Below, piece by piece: positions 1 to 9,865 of a DNA stretch of 64,000 bases. The translations under genes were made by a program, and so were the position numbers. This DNA is from Candidatus Parcubacteria bacterium (GTDB taxonomy: Bacteria > Patescibacteriota > Minisyncoccia > UBA6257 > HR35): contig BPJI01000001.1 in NCBI GenBank assembly GCA_026004535.1, positions 324,523-388,522 of the forward strand, written 5' to 3'. The notes beneath the pieces are model-generated. The model searched no databases. It saw only the letters and a list, made by a program, of their open reading frames with translations, and was not told where the DNA came from. Every line of letters begins with the position of its first letter. Positions within the stretch are counted from its first letter, which is position 1.

Positions 1-1
1 G

Positions 2-193
2 GGACAAATTTATCTAAATCGAAATTCAATCTTATTCATTGCTCCGATAAGCGAAAATAGTCCATTGATTAACTTGATTGAAGGAAGCCAGATTCTACCC
101 CAGCAGCAACAACAACCACAACAACCACAACAACCACAATTACAATCACAACAACCATTTCAACAACCGTCAACAGCTACACCTCAGAGGTAA
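2..193 (+). CDS. 3' end of hypothetical protein with Gln/Pro-rich tail (partial)
   Basis: Open frame from window start: GQIYLNRNSILFIAP...QQQQQPQQPQQPQ...PQR, stop at 191-193; not in ORF track. Confidence 0.6.
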   Translation, partial: GQIYLNRNSILFIAPISENSPLINLIEGSQILPQQQQQPQQPQQPQLQSQQPFQQPSTATPQR

Positions 194-211
194 TTTATTC
201 TAGCTTGGGGG

Positions 212-240
212 TTGACAAATAAAATAAATTTGTGTAAAAT
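212..240 (+). promoter_or_regulatory. sigma70 promoter of 16S rRNA
   Basis: TTGACA-17 bp-TAAAAT about 95 nt upstream of the 16S. Confidence 0.75.
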
Positions 241-332
241 ATTCATAGAAAGAAAATTTTTTTATTGTTGAGAAGACAAGCATTCTTAAGGATTTTTAAT
301 TGCCTGGGCAAATCCTAGATTCGGGGCAAGAT

Positions 333-1858
<1,526 letters not shown>

Positions 1859-1957
1859 GAGAATCTTTAAAATTTAAATTAAGCTGATCTTGCCCCAAGT
1901 CTGTTAAACTTTAAGCCCAGGCAATTAAAAATCTTAATAGGGTAATTAAAAATCTTA

Positions 1958-2335
1958 ATGAAAATACTTTTAGTTGATGATGATAAATTTTTAAGTAGAG
2001 TTTTGGAGAAAAAATTATCTTATGAAGGATTTGAAGTTATTACAGCGATTGATGGAGATGAAGCTTTAGAAAAGGTTATAACTGAAAAACCTGATCTTAT
2101 TTTATTGGATATTATTTTACCTAAGAAAGGAGGATTTGTAATTTTAGAGAATATTAAGAAAGATCCAGAATTGAAACAGTTACCGGTATTAATTATTTCT
2201 AATCTTGGTCAAGAGGAGGATGTTAAAAAAGGTTTATCTTTGGGAGCGGCTGAATATTTTGTTAAAGCCAAAGTTTCAATTGATGATATTATTAAGAAAG
2301 TAAAGGAGTATGCTAAGGATAAAGTAACGAATTAA
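1958..2335 (+). CDS. single-domain response regulator (CheY-like receiver)
   Basis: KILLVDDD...PDLILLDIILP...K receiver motifs. Confidence 0.92.
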   Translation: MKILLVDDDKFLSRVLEKKLSYEGFEVITAIDGDEALEKVITEKPDLILLDIILPKKGGFVILENIKKDPELKQLPVLIISNLGQEEDVKKGLSLGAAEYFVKAKVSIDDIIKKVKEYAKDKVTN

Positions 2336-2412
2336 TGAGTTTAGCGAGTTTTTCGATCGAGTGGCAGTTAGGACAATAAATTGCTCCGTTCATAACCTGT
2401 GTTCATTATTTT

Positions 2413-2497
2413 GCCCGGGTGGCGGAATTGGCAGACGCAACGGACTTAAAATCCGTTGGCTCCCTGAGCCGTGTGGGTTCGAGTCCCACCCCGGGCA
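2413..2497 (+). tRNA. tRNA-Leu(TAA)
   Basis: GCCCGGG/CCCGGGC acceptor stem, anticodon loop CTTAAAA, long variable arm, GGTTCGAGTCC. Confidence 0.95.
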
Positions 2498-2632
2498 CAT
2501 ATCCCGGGGTGGGCGAGAACCCGCATACAACTTAACAATCAAAAAGCACTTTAACGGAGACGAAAGCGTAAACACAAATTTCAGGGGAAAATATTTATTG
2601 AGTTTACCGTTTTCGAGTCCTACCCCGGGCAC
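2498..2632 (+). repeat. tRNA-associated element: inverted T-arm copy, conserved core, duplicate of tRNA 3' end
   Basis: CCCGGGGTGGGCGAGAACCC (2503-2522) is antisense to the tRNA 3' end; TTCGAGTCCTACCCCGGGCAC (2612-2632) repeats it. Confidence 0.8.
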
Positions 2633-2690
2633 CTTCTTTAATCAATTCATAATTCATAAATTAACGAGTTCACGAGTTAACGAGTTTATT

Positions 2691-3446
2691 ATGAAAAAAT
2701 TATTTATTATAGTTTTTGTTGTTTTTTTTATAATCTTATTGGTTGGAGTTTTTTATTTTCAAAAATCAAAAACAAAAATGTCTGAAGTTCAAAAAGTAAA
2801 TTTTATTACTAAAGATGGAGTAACGATTGTTGCTAATTATTATCCAAACAAGGAGGCCAAATTTGCTGGCATTCTAATTCATATGAGACCAAAAACAAAA
2901 GAAAGCTTTGACGATTTAGCTCAATTTTTACAAAAACATGGTTATGCTCTTTTAGCAATTGATTTAAGAGGACATGGTGAAAGTATTGAATCAATCAAGG
3001 GTAAATTAGACTATAATAAATTTTCTGAAGCTGAAGAAAAAGAATCAATTAAAGATATTGAAGCAGCAAGTTTATTTTTAGAAAAAGAAGGTTATACTAA
3101 AGACAAACAATTTTTAATTGGAGCCAGTATTGGTGCCAATTTAAGTTTTCAATTTTTAAGTGAAAACACAGAAATTTCAGCAGCTGTGCTTCTTTCGCCA
3201 GGACTCAATTATCGAGGAGTTGTCTTGGAAAATTTTAAAAAAGAGGGCATTGGAAGTAAAGTTTTTGTTATTTCAGCTTTAGATGACGAGCCTGCTTATG
3301 TTGCTGGTAGAACTTTAAAATCTTGGTATCCTGATTTAAATTATTTAGAATTGCCTCAAGGAGGGCACGGTACTAATCTTTTTAATACCTATCCAGATCT
3401 TTACGAAAAAATGCTAATTTGGTTAAGAGAAAAACTTGTGATATAA
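2691..3446 (+). CDS. alpha/beta hydrolase with N-terminal membrane anchor
   Basis: DLRGHG and GASIG nucleophile motifs, C-terminal GHG; start moved to ATG 2691 because the ORF track extension covers the tRNA. Confidence 0.88.
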   Translation: MKKLFIIVFVVFFIILLVGVFYFQKSKTKMSEVQKVNFITKDGVTIVANYYPNKEAKFAGILIHMRPKTKESFDDLAQFLQKHGYALLAIDLRGHGESIESIKGKLDYNKFSEAEEKESIKDIEAASLFLEKEGYTKDKQFLIGASIGANLSFQFLSENTEISAAVLLSPGLNYRGVVLENFKKEGIGSKVFVISALDDEPAYVAGRTLKSWYPDLNYLELPQGGHGTNLFNTYPDLYEKMLIWLREKLVI

Positions 3447-3527
3447 TTTTTAAATGGAGTAACCGATGGGCTTTTCGGTCCTAAGGTTACCCTGGGTTAG
3501 TCGTAGTTAGCCTTAGGATCAGAGCCC

Positions 3528-3701
3528 ATGCAAAAGCCGATGAGAGGCCCAAGAAGAGGGCCAAGAAAAATGTTCAGGCCCCAAGCAGGAGAAAAATGGA
3601 TCTGCGCTAAATGTGGAGGAGAAATTGAAGAACTTCCTTTTATTCCTTCTCCTGATAGGCCAGTCTATCACCGAGAGTGTTTACCTCCAAGAAATATTTA
3701 A
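3528..3701 (+). CDS. small CxxC-x17-(H/C)xxC zinc-ribbon protein (57 aa)
   Basis: Manual translation: MQKPMRGPRRGPRKMFRPQAGEKWICAKCGGEIEELPFIPSPDRPVYHRECLPPRNI. Confidence 0.8.
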   Translation: MQKPMRGPRRGPRKMFRPQAGEKWICAKCGGEIEELPFIPSPDRPVYHRECLPPRNI

Positions 3702-3733
3702 GCTAAAAGCTGAAATATCCTGAAAGCTGATAG

Positions 3734-4456
3734 CTATTTAAAATATATTTTCTTGCTGATTCTTAGATCTATTCTTGTGCCTGGAAAATTTTTAGTTAGA
3801 AAGATATGGAGTTTTTTAATTTGTTCTTCAATATCTTTGGCTGGATCAAAAAGAAATTCTCGATTCTGACTATCAATAACACCGATATCAAAATTTGAGT
3901 AAATTTTAATTTCTGTTAAAATTAAGGGTTTCCAGTTGGCATATTCAAATAAAAGAGAAAGTAAATTTTTAATCTCTGGATTTAAAAGAGTATTATTTTC
4001 AATTGGTAAATGAGAATAGATTAATAAATAATGACGTGCGACGTTCTGATATTGATTATTAGTTATTAATATTTTGGACGTCGCACGTCTTATATTTCTC
4101 AGCTCTCCAGGTATAATTATTTCAGCATAATTATCTAAATAAAAACATTTATCTTTATCACAAATTTGAGCAATAATTTGAGAACTTTTAATGTTTAAAA
4201 ATAATTTTTGTTCGAAAATATTACTTCTAATTTCTATTTTTTTGATTTCAGGAAAATCAATCATAATTTTTTTTAAGCTGGAGATAATTTCATAAGGAGA
4301 ATGATTTTGCCAATAAGGTCTTAAATAATTTTCAAAGCTTTCAGGCTCGATTACAATTTCTTTAAATTCAAAAAATAAAACAAAATAAAATATTATAAAA
4401 ACAAAAAGCAATGATAAAATAATCTTATAAGGAAACTCTTTTTTTCTCCTCCTCAT
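3734..4456 (-). CDS. FtsQ/DivIB-like membrane protein
   Basis: Basic N-terminus, single TM helix, C-terminal IDLRI..KIYFK typical of FtsQ. Confidence 0.6.
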   Translation of the reverse strand: MRRRKKEFPYKIILSLLFVFIIFYFVLFFEFKEIVIEPESFENYLRPYWQNHSPYEIISSLKKIMIDFPEIKKIEIRSNIFEQKLFLNIKSSQIIAQICDKDKCFYLDNYAEIIIPGELRNIRRATSKILITNNQYQNVARHYLLIYSHLPIENNTLLNPEIKNLLSLLFEYANWKPLILTEIKIYSNFDIGVIDSQNREFLFDPAKDIEEQIKKLHIFLTKNFPGTRIDLRISKKIYFK

Positions 4457-4529
4457 TTTTTAATTATAACCATATTATAATAATTTAAGACGTACGACGT
4501 CTTAAAGACGTACGACGTCTTAATTTAAA

Positions 4530-5777
4530 ATGATAGATTTAAAGGATTTGCTAAGAAATCCTGAGATGTATAAACAGAATATGAAAGAAAGAAATTTTGA
4601 TCCGTCATTAGTTGATGAAATTATTGAAATTAAAACACAAATCAATTCTTTGATTAAAGATAAAGATGATATCCGTTCATTCATTAATAAGTATTCAAAA
4701 ACGAAACCCGATGAAAAGATAATTGAAGAAATAAAAAATAAAAAAGAAAAATTAAAAACAATTGAAGCTGAGATCAAAAAACTTGAAAATGAATTAGAAG
4801 AAAGATTAGAATTAGTGCCAAATCTTAAAGCCCCAGAAGTTCCAGTTGGTGAAGATGAAACAGAAAATGTTGTAATTAAAACTTGGGGTGAAATTTCTCA
4901 ATTCAATTTTCAGCCCAAAGATCATGTTGAACTTGGTAAAATTTATGATTTGATTGATATTGAAAGAGCAGGCAAAGTTACTGGTTCGAGATTTTATTAT
5001 TTAAAGAACGAAGCAGTTTTATTAGAATTTGCCTTAATAAATTTTGTTTATGATATTTCACTCAAACAAGGTTTTATTCCAATCATTCCTCCTGTTTTTA
5101 TTAAAGAAAAATATTATCGAGGCATGGGAAGGTTAAATAAAGTTCAAAAAGAAGAAAGATATTATTTGCCTCAAGATGATTTATATTTAGTTGGTAGTGC
5201 CGAACATACGGTTGGTCCTTATTTTGCTGAAGAAATTTTGAATGAAAAAGATTTACCCAAAAGGTTTTTGGGTTTTTCAACATGTTTTCGTCGGGAAGCA
5301 GGGAGCTACGGCAAAGATGTTCGGGGAATCTTAAGAACCCATCAATTTGACAAAGTTGAAATGTTTAGTTTTACTTTACCTGAAAAATCAGAAGAAGAGC
5401 ATCAATTTTTACTTTCGCTTCAAGAAAAAATAATGCAAGAACTAAAATTACCTTATCGAGTTGTTTTGATTTGTTCAGGTGATCTTGGTTTTACTGATTA
5501 TAAACAATATGATATTGAGACTTGGTTTCCTGGTCAAAATAAATACCGCGAAACCCATTCTTGCTCGAATACGACTGATTTTCAAAGTCGAGGGATAAAT
5601 GCTCGTTTTCGTCGCCAAAATGGAAAAATTGAATATCTTCATATGTTAAATGCAACTGCTATTGCTATTGGCAGAATTTTAATTGCTATTTTCGAAAATT
5701 ATCAAAGAAAAAACTACATTGAAATTCCTGAAGTTTTGATAAAATATACTGGCTTTGAAAAAATTATGTTAAAATAA
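4530..5777 (+). CDS. serS: serine--tRNA ligase
   Basis: N-terminal coiled coil, FRREAGSYG..RG..R.HQF.KVE, ETHSCSN. Confidence 0.97.
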   Translation: MIDLKDLLRNPEMYKQNMKERNFDPSLVDEIIEIKTQINSLIKDKDDIRSFINKYSKTKPDEKIIEEIKNKKEKLKTIEAEIKKLENELEERLELVPNLKAPEVPVGEDETENVVIKTWGEISQFNFQPKDHVELGKIYDLIDIERAGKVTGSRFYYLKNEAVLLEFALINFVYDISLKQGFIPIIPPVFIKEKYYRGMGRLNKVQKEERYYLPQDDLYLVGSAEHTVGPYFAEEILNEKDLPKRFLGFSTCFRREAGSYGKDVRGILRTHQFDKVEMFSFTLPEKSEEEHQFLLSLQEKIMQELKLPYRVVLICSGDLGFTDYKQYDIETWFPGQNKYRETHSCSNTTDFQSRGINARFRRQNGKIEYLHMLNATAIAIGRILIAIFENYQRKNYIEIPEVLIKYTGFEKIMLK

Positions 5778-5781
5778 AATT

Positions 5782-5964
5782 ATGCCCCGAACAACAAAGC
5801 AAAATAAACAATTAGAACTTTTGGTCAGAGAATTGAGAGATTTGAATAGAAATTTAAGAATGTTGATTTTTAATATTCCCGAAGAAAGTTTAAAAGAATA
5901 TAAAAATCGAAAACAAATTATTGAGGCTTTTAATAAAGCAATAAAATTATATCCTCGAAATTAA
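5782..5964 (+). CDS. putative antitoxin
   Basis: 60-aa ORF directly upstream of a RelE-like toxin. Confidence 0.5.
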   Translation: MPRTTKQNKQLELLVRELRDLNRNLRMLIFNIPEESLKEYKNRKQIIEAFNKAIKLYPRN

Positions 5965-5965
5965 A

Positions 5966-6259
5966 ATGTTGATTATAGAAACCGATGATTTTAAAAAAGA
6001 TTTAGATAAGTTGCCTAAATCAATCAAAAGACTTTATCAGAAACAAAAACAGATTTTTGAAACAAATTGGCTTGATCCTCGATTACATGTTAAAAAACTT
6101 AAAGAGTACCACGGTGTTTATTCTTTCAGGATTACAAGATTATATCGTGTTCTTTTCTATTTTAGTGGTGTAAATGTTATCTTTTTGAAAATTAATCCAC
6201 TGATTACACGGATAATATATATTCCACTGATTACACTGATTAATAATAAATCCGCGTAA
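5966..6259 (+). CDS. RelE/ParE-family toxin; C-terminus derived from a repeat array
   Basis: FKKDLDKLP...L...SFRIT..YRVLF; tail runs into the CCAC(T/G)GATTACAC array. Confidence 0.7.
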   Translation: MLIIETDDFKKDLDKLPKSIKRLYQKQKQIFETNWLDPRLHVKKLKEYHGVYSFRITRLYRVLFYFSGVNVIFLKINPLITRIIYIPLITLINNKSA

Positions 6260-6322
6260 ATCCGTGGCCGAAAATTATCCGTGCAAATCCGTGGATAAAG
6301 AATATCAGTGTAAATCCGTGGC
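6196..6322. repeat. mirror array of CAC(G/T)GAT / ATCCGTG units
   Basis: ccactgattacacggat units followed by atccgcg/atccgtg units in the opposite orientation. Confidence 0.75.
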
Positions 6323-6331
6323 AGAAAATTA

Positions 6332-6703
6332 ATGAAAAAATTTCAATTTTTGCCTCATACAGCTGATATTAAAATCAGAGTTTATGGGAAAAACATCGAA
6401 GAAATTATTAATAATTCTTTATTAGCTTTGAGTTCTTATTTAAAACCAAAATTAACAAAACAAAAAATTGAAAGAAAAATTAAACTAAAGGCCGAAACAG
6501 CTGAAGATTTGATTGATTTTCTTTCTCAAGTTTTAGCCCGAATCCATATTGATAAAGCAATCTTTATAAAATTTAAGCAGGGCAAAATTAGGGGTTATAA
6601 ATTCTCAGAACTTTCTAAAGACATTAAAGCCATCACTTATCACCAAACTCAACTAAAAAAAACAAATAACCGCTATATTTTTGATTTTATTATTGATATC
6701 TAA
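6332..6703 (+). CDS. archease
   Basis: HTAD N-terminal motif, IKAITYH, C-terminal FIIDI. Confidence 0.9.
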   Translation: MKKFQFLPHTADIKIRVYGKNIEEIINNSLLALSSYLKPKLTKQKIERKIKLKAETAEDLIDFLSQVLARIHIDKAIFIKFKQGKIRGYKFSELSKDIKAITYHQTQLKKTNNRYIFDFIIDI

Positions 6704-6742
6704 AAAATCTAAGACGTACGACGTCTTAAATTGTAAATGTGG

Positions 6743-6820
6743 AAAAATATAATTGACAAAATAAAATAGTTAGGATATAATAAAAATATAATTGACAAAA
6801 TAAAATAGTTAGGATATAAT
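6743..6820 (+). promoter_or_regulatory. tandemly duplicated consensus sigma70 promoter
   Basis: 39-bp duplication; each unit has TTGACA-17-TATAAT (TTGACA at 6753 and 6792). Confidence 0.85.
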
Positions 6821-6831
6821 CTAAATTAAAG

Positions 6832-9219
6832 ATGAACAAAAAAATACTTTTATTTACTTTAGTTTTAGGAGGTTTATTGCTCAGTTTTTTCTTTCTCTCT
6901 TTCTTTAAATCTACTTCTGCTCAAGTTTGTCTTCCTCTTAATGGTTATCTTGTTTGGCCAGGAACATGGGAATCAGGCAGAATTCCTATGGCTTCAACAC
7001 AACAATATACCTTATCAAGCTCTCCTTTTTATGTTTCTGGCAATAATGTTGGTTTAGGAACAACCAATCCTGTCTATACTTTTCAAGTTAATGGAGATAT
7101 TTCAGGAACAAGACTTTGTATTGGTAGTGATTGTCGTAATGTTTGGCCTGGTGGAGGAATTGCTGGTTCTGGTTCAGCTGGTCAAGTAGCTTTTTGGACA
7201 GGAACATCAAATATTTCAGGTGACAATGCTCTTTTTTGGGACAATATTAATAAAAGATTAGGAATTGGAACAATATCACCTCAGACATCTTTGCATGTTG
7301 CTGGTAATATCACTGCTAATACTTTTTTAGGTACAATCAATGCAGCTAATATTTCTTCAGGACAATTTGGAGCAAATACAGGAGGAGGAAATTATTACTT
7401 TATGGGTAATGTTGGTATTGGGATGACTACGCCAACAGCTAAGCTTCATGTAAATACAAATGATACAACAATAGTTCCTTTTCAAGTAGATTTTTTAACT
7501 AATCTTTTGCTTTACAGAAAGCCAATAACAATTTCGAATTCTGGTTCAAATTTAACGGATTATCAACTTCTGGTGACAATGAATACTGCCTCTTTAATTT
7601 CAGCTGGTAAAATGAGAAGTGATTGTGGCGATATAAGATTTACTGATTCTGATGGAAGTACTTTTATTGGTTATTGGATTGAATCTGGTTGCAATTCTGC
7701 TTCAACAAAAATTTGGGTAAGAGTTCCTTTAATTCCTGTTGGAACAAAAACAATTTATGTTTATTATGGAAATCCAGAAGCAGCTAGCCAAAGTAAGATC
7801 TGGTACAATGTAAAACACTTGAATATTTATGGCGGAGTTTTCAATTATAAAGCCTCATTAGGAATTAATGGTTATCATTCCAGAGAAATGCAACATAGAT
7901 TAGGAGTTTCTGCTGGAGTGGCTCGTACTTGTATCCTAAAGTCAAATGGTACTGTTGATTGTTTTGGTGATAATCAGTATGGTCAATCAGAAGACTATCT
8001 AGGAGGAGATGCTATAGGAGTTTCTGCTGGATCGTTGCATACTTGCGTTCTAAAGTCAAATGGTAATGTTGATTGTTATGGTAACAATGATTATGGTCAA
8101 TCAGAAGACTATCTAGGAGGAGATGCTATAGGAGTTTCTGCTGGACTTTATCATACTTGTATCCTAAAGTCAAATGGTAATGTTGATTGTTATGGTACTA
8201 ATTATTATGGTCAATCAAATGACTACTTAGGAGGAGATGCTATAGGAGTTTCTGCTGGACTTTATCATACTTGTATCCTAAAGTCAAATGGTAATGTTGA
8301 TTGTTATGGTGATAATCTGTTTGGTAAATCAAATGACTATCTAGGAGGAGATGCTATAGGAGTTTCTGTTGGAATGCATCATACTTGCGTTCTAAAGTCA
8401 AATGGTAATGTTGATTGTTATGGTGATAATTCTGATGGTCAATCAGAAGACTATCTAGGAGGAGATGCTATAGGAGTTTCTGCTGGATCGTCGCATACTT
8501 GCGTTCTAAAGTCAAATGGTAATGTTGATTGTTATGGTAACAATGGTTATGGTCAATCAGAAGACTATCTAGGAGGAGATGCTATAGGAGTTTCTGCTGG
8601 AGGGGCTCATACTTGTATCCTAAAGTCAAATGGTAATGTTGATTGTTATACCCAGGCAAGTGACTATCTAGGAGGAGATGCTATGAATCCATTTAGAAAA
8701 TATGTCTTCCCAACACCAACAACGAATATAGGAGCAGAAGAAAGAGTACAACAACAACAGCCAAAAACAGTCTTTTACATTCAAAATCAAACTGGCAATA
8801 TTGGTATTGGGACAACAGAACCTGAATATAAATTAGATGTTTTTGGAAACATAAGAACAACAGGATGTCTTGTTTATAATGGTGGCACGCTAGGTAGCTG
8901 TATTTCAGATGTTGTTTTAAAGACAAATATTCAAGATTTGAATTTTGAAAATGCATTAAATAAGATTTTATCTCTTCAACCAAAAATTTTTGAGTTCAAA
9001 AACGAACCTGGAAGGATTTACCATGGATTAATTGCTCAAGATGTTGAAAATGTTGCTCCTGAATTAGTAACAGTTGATGAGAAAGGATATAAACAAGTAA
9101 AATATGGAGATATTCAATGGTTATTGCTTGAAGCAATAAAAGAACAACAAGAGATAATGGAAAAGCAGCAAAAAGAAATTGAAGAATTGAAACAACAGGT
9201 TTCAGGGATTAGGGATTAG
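6832..9219 (+). CDS. secreted fibre/adhesin-like protein: GNVGIG repeats, DUF2341-like domain, RCC1-like repeats, C-terminal peptidase S74-type chaperone
   Basis: Signal/TM segment; DCGDIRFTD...YW.E...IWVRVP; 39-aa VSAG..HTC.LKSNG.VDCYG repeats; SD..LK.NI...GLIAQDVE..PELV plus coiled coil. Confidence 0.85.
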   Translation: MNKKILLFTLVLGGLLLSFFFLSFFKSTSAQVCLPLNGYLVWPGTWESGRIPMASTQQYTLSSSPFYVSGNNVGLGTTNPVYTFQVNGDISGTRLCIGSDCRNVWPGGGIAGSGSAGQVAFWTGTSNISGDNALFWDNINKRLGIGTISPQTSLHVAGNITANTFLGTINAANISSGQFGANTGGGNYYFMGNVGIGMTTPTAKLHVNTNDTTIVPFQVDFLTNLLLYRKPITISNSGSNLTDYQLLVTMNTASLISAGKMRSDCGDIRFTDSDGSTFIGYWIESGCNSASTKIWVRVPLIPVGTKTIYVYYGNPEAASQSKIWYNVKHLNIYGGVFNYKASLGINGYHSREMQHRLGVSAGVARTCILKSNGTVDCFGDNQYGQSEDYLGGDAIGVSAGSLHTCVLKSNGNVDCYGNNDYGQSEDYLGGDAIGVSAGLYHTCILKSNGNVDCYGTNYYGQSNDYLGGDAIGVSAGLYHTCILKSNGNVDCYGDNLFGKSNDYLGGDAIGVSVGMHHTCVLKSNGNVDCYGDNSDGQSEDYLGGDAIGVSAGSSHTCVLKSNGNVDCYGNNGYGQSEDYLGGDAIGVSAGGAHTCILKSNGNVDCYTQASDYLGGDAMNPFRKYVFPTPTTNIGAEERVQQQQPKTVFYIQNQTGNIGIGTTEPEYKLDVFGNIRTTGCLVYNGGTLGSCISDVVLKTNIQDLNFENALNKILSLQPKIFEFKNEPGRIYHGLIAQDVENVAPELVTVDEKGYKQVKYGDIQWLLLEAIKEQQEIMEKQQKEIEELKQQVSGIRD
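7901..8686 (+). repeat. 117-bp tandem coding repeat (RCC1-like), about 6.5 copies
   Basis: Near-identical ggagtttctgctgga...ctaaagtcaaatggtaatgttgattgttatggt...gactatctaggaggagatgctata units. Confidence 0.95.
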
Positions 9220-9229
9220 GTTTCAGGGA

Positions 9230-9615
9230 TTAGGGGTTAGCTTTAAGAGCGGAGATCATTTTATTGAGAATTTTCATTATATCTTCTAAAAGTAAATCTA
9301 CTTTAGAGTAATCAAGATCTTTTGTTTATTTTAATCTTTTTGCTATTTCTAAATGTGTTTCTAATTCAGCTCCCGAAGCATAAGCAATTCTTAAAAATTG
9401 AATAAAATCTTTTCTTGTTCTTCGCGATCTTCCTTCAGCTATATTGGCCGGGATAGAAACAGCTGCTCTTTTAATTTGACTTACCAATCCATATGTTTCT
9501 TCTTTGGGGAAATATTTGGTTAATTCATAAATTTCCATAACTAATTCAATGGCTTTTTGCCAGACAAGCAGATCTTTATAAGATAGAATTTTTTTATTAC
9601 CAGAGCTTTTTTCAT
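9230..9615 (-). pseudogene. four-helix-bundle protein pseudogene (TIGR02436 / 23S-IVP-like)
   Basis: SYKDLLVWQKA...SQIKRAAVSIPANIAEG; paralog of 28995-29378 with a frameshift after the ATG and a premature TAA at 9326. Confidence 0.85.
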
Positions 9616-9674
9616 ATAATAATTTTACAATATAATTAACCTGACAGCTGACCACCTGAAAGCTGACAGCTGAG

Positions 9675-9776
9675 ATGAAAAATCCTGAAGTGGCAAAACT
9701 TTTAAGGATGATGGCAATTTATTTGGAGATGAAAGGAGTTTAGTTTAAACCTCAAGCTTATGAAAAGGCTGCTTAA
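9675..9776 (+). pseudogene. 5' fragment of polX
   Basis: MKNPEVAKLLRMMAIYLEMKGV*FKPQAYEKAA*, a diverged copy of the start of polX at 29465. Confidence 0.85.
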
Positions 9777-9825
9777 AAAATCTAAGACGTACGACGTCTT
9801 AAATTGGGGTTGAGGAAAAGTTGGG

Positions 9826-9854
9826 TTGACAAAATAAAATAGTTAGGATATAAT
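9826..9854 (+). promoter_or_regulatory. consensus sigma70 promoter
   Basis: TTGACA-17-TATAAT, identical to the promoter of 6832. Confidence 0.85.
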
Positions 9855-9865
9855 CTAAATTAAAG

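Noticed and set aside
102-175. CAACCA/CAA microsatellite as a non-coding repeat element
   Set aside because: It is the Gln/Pro-rich tail of the partial CDS ending at 193
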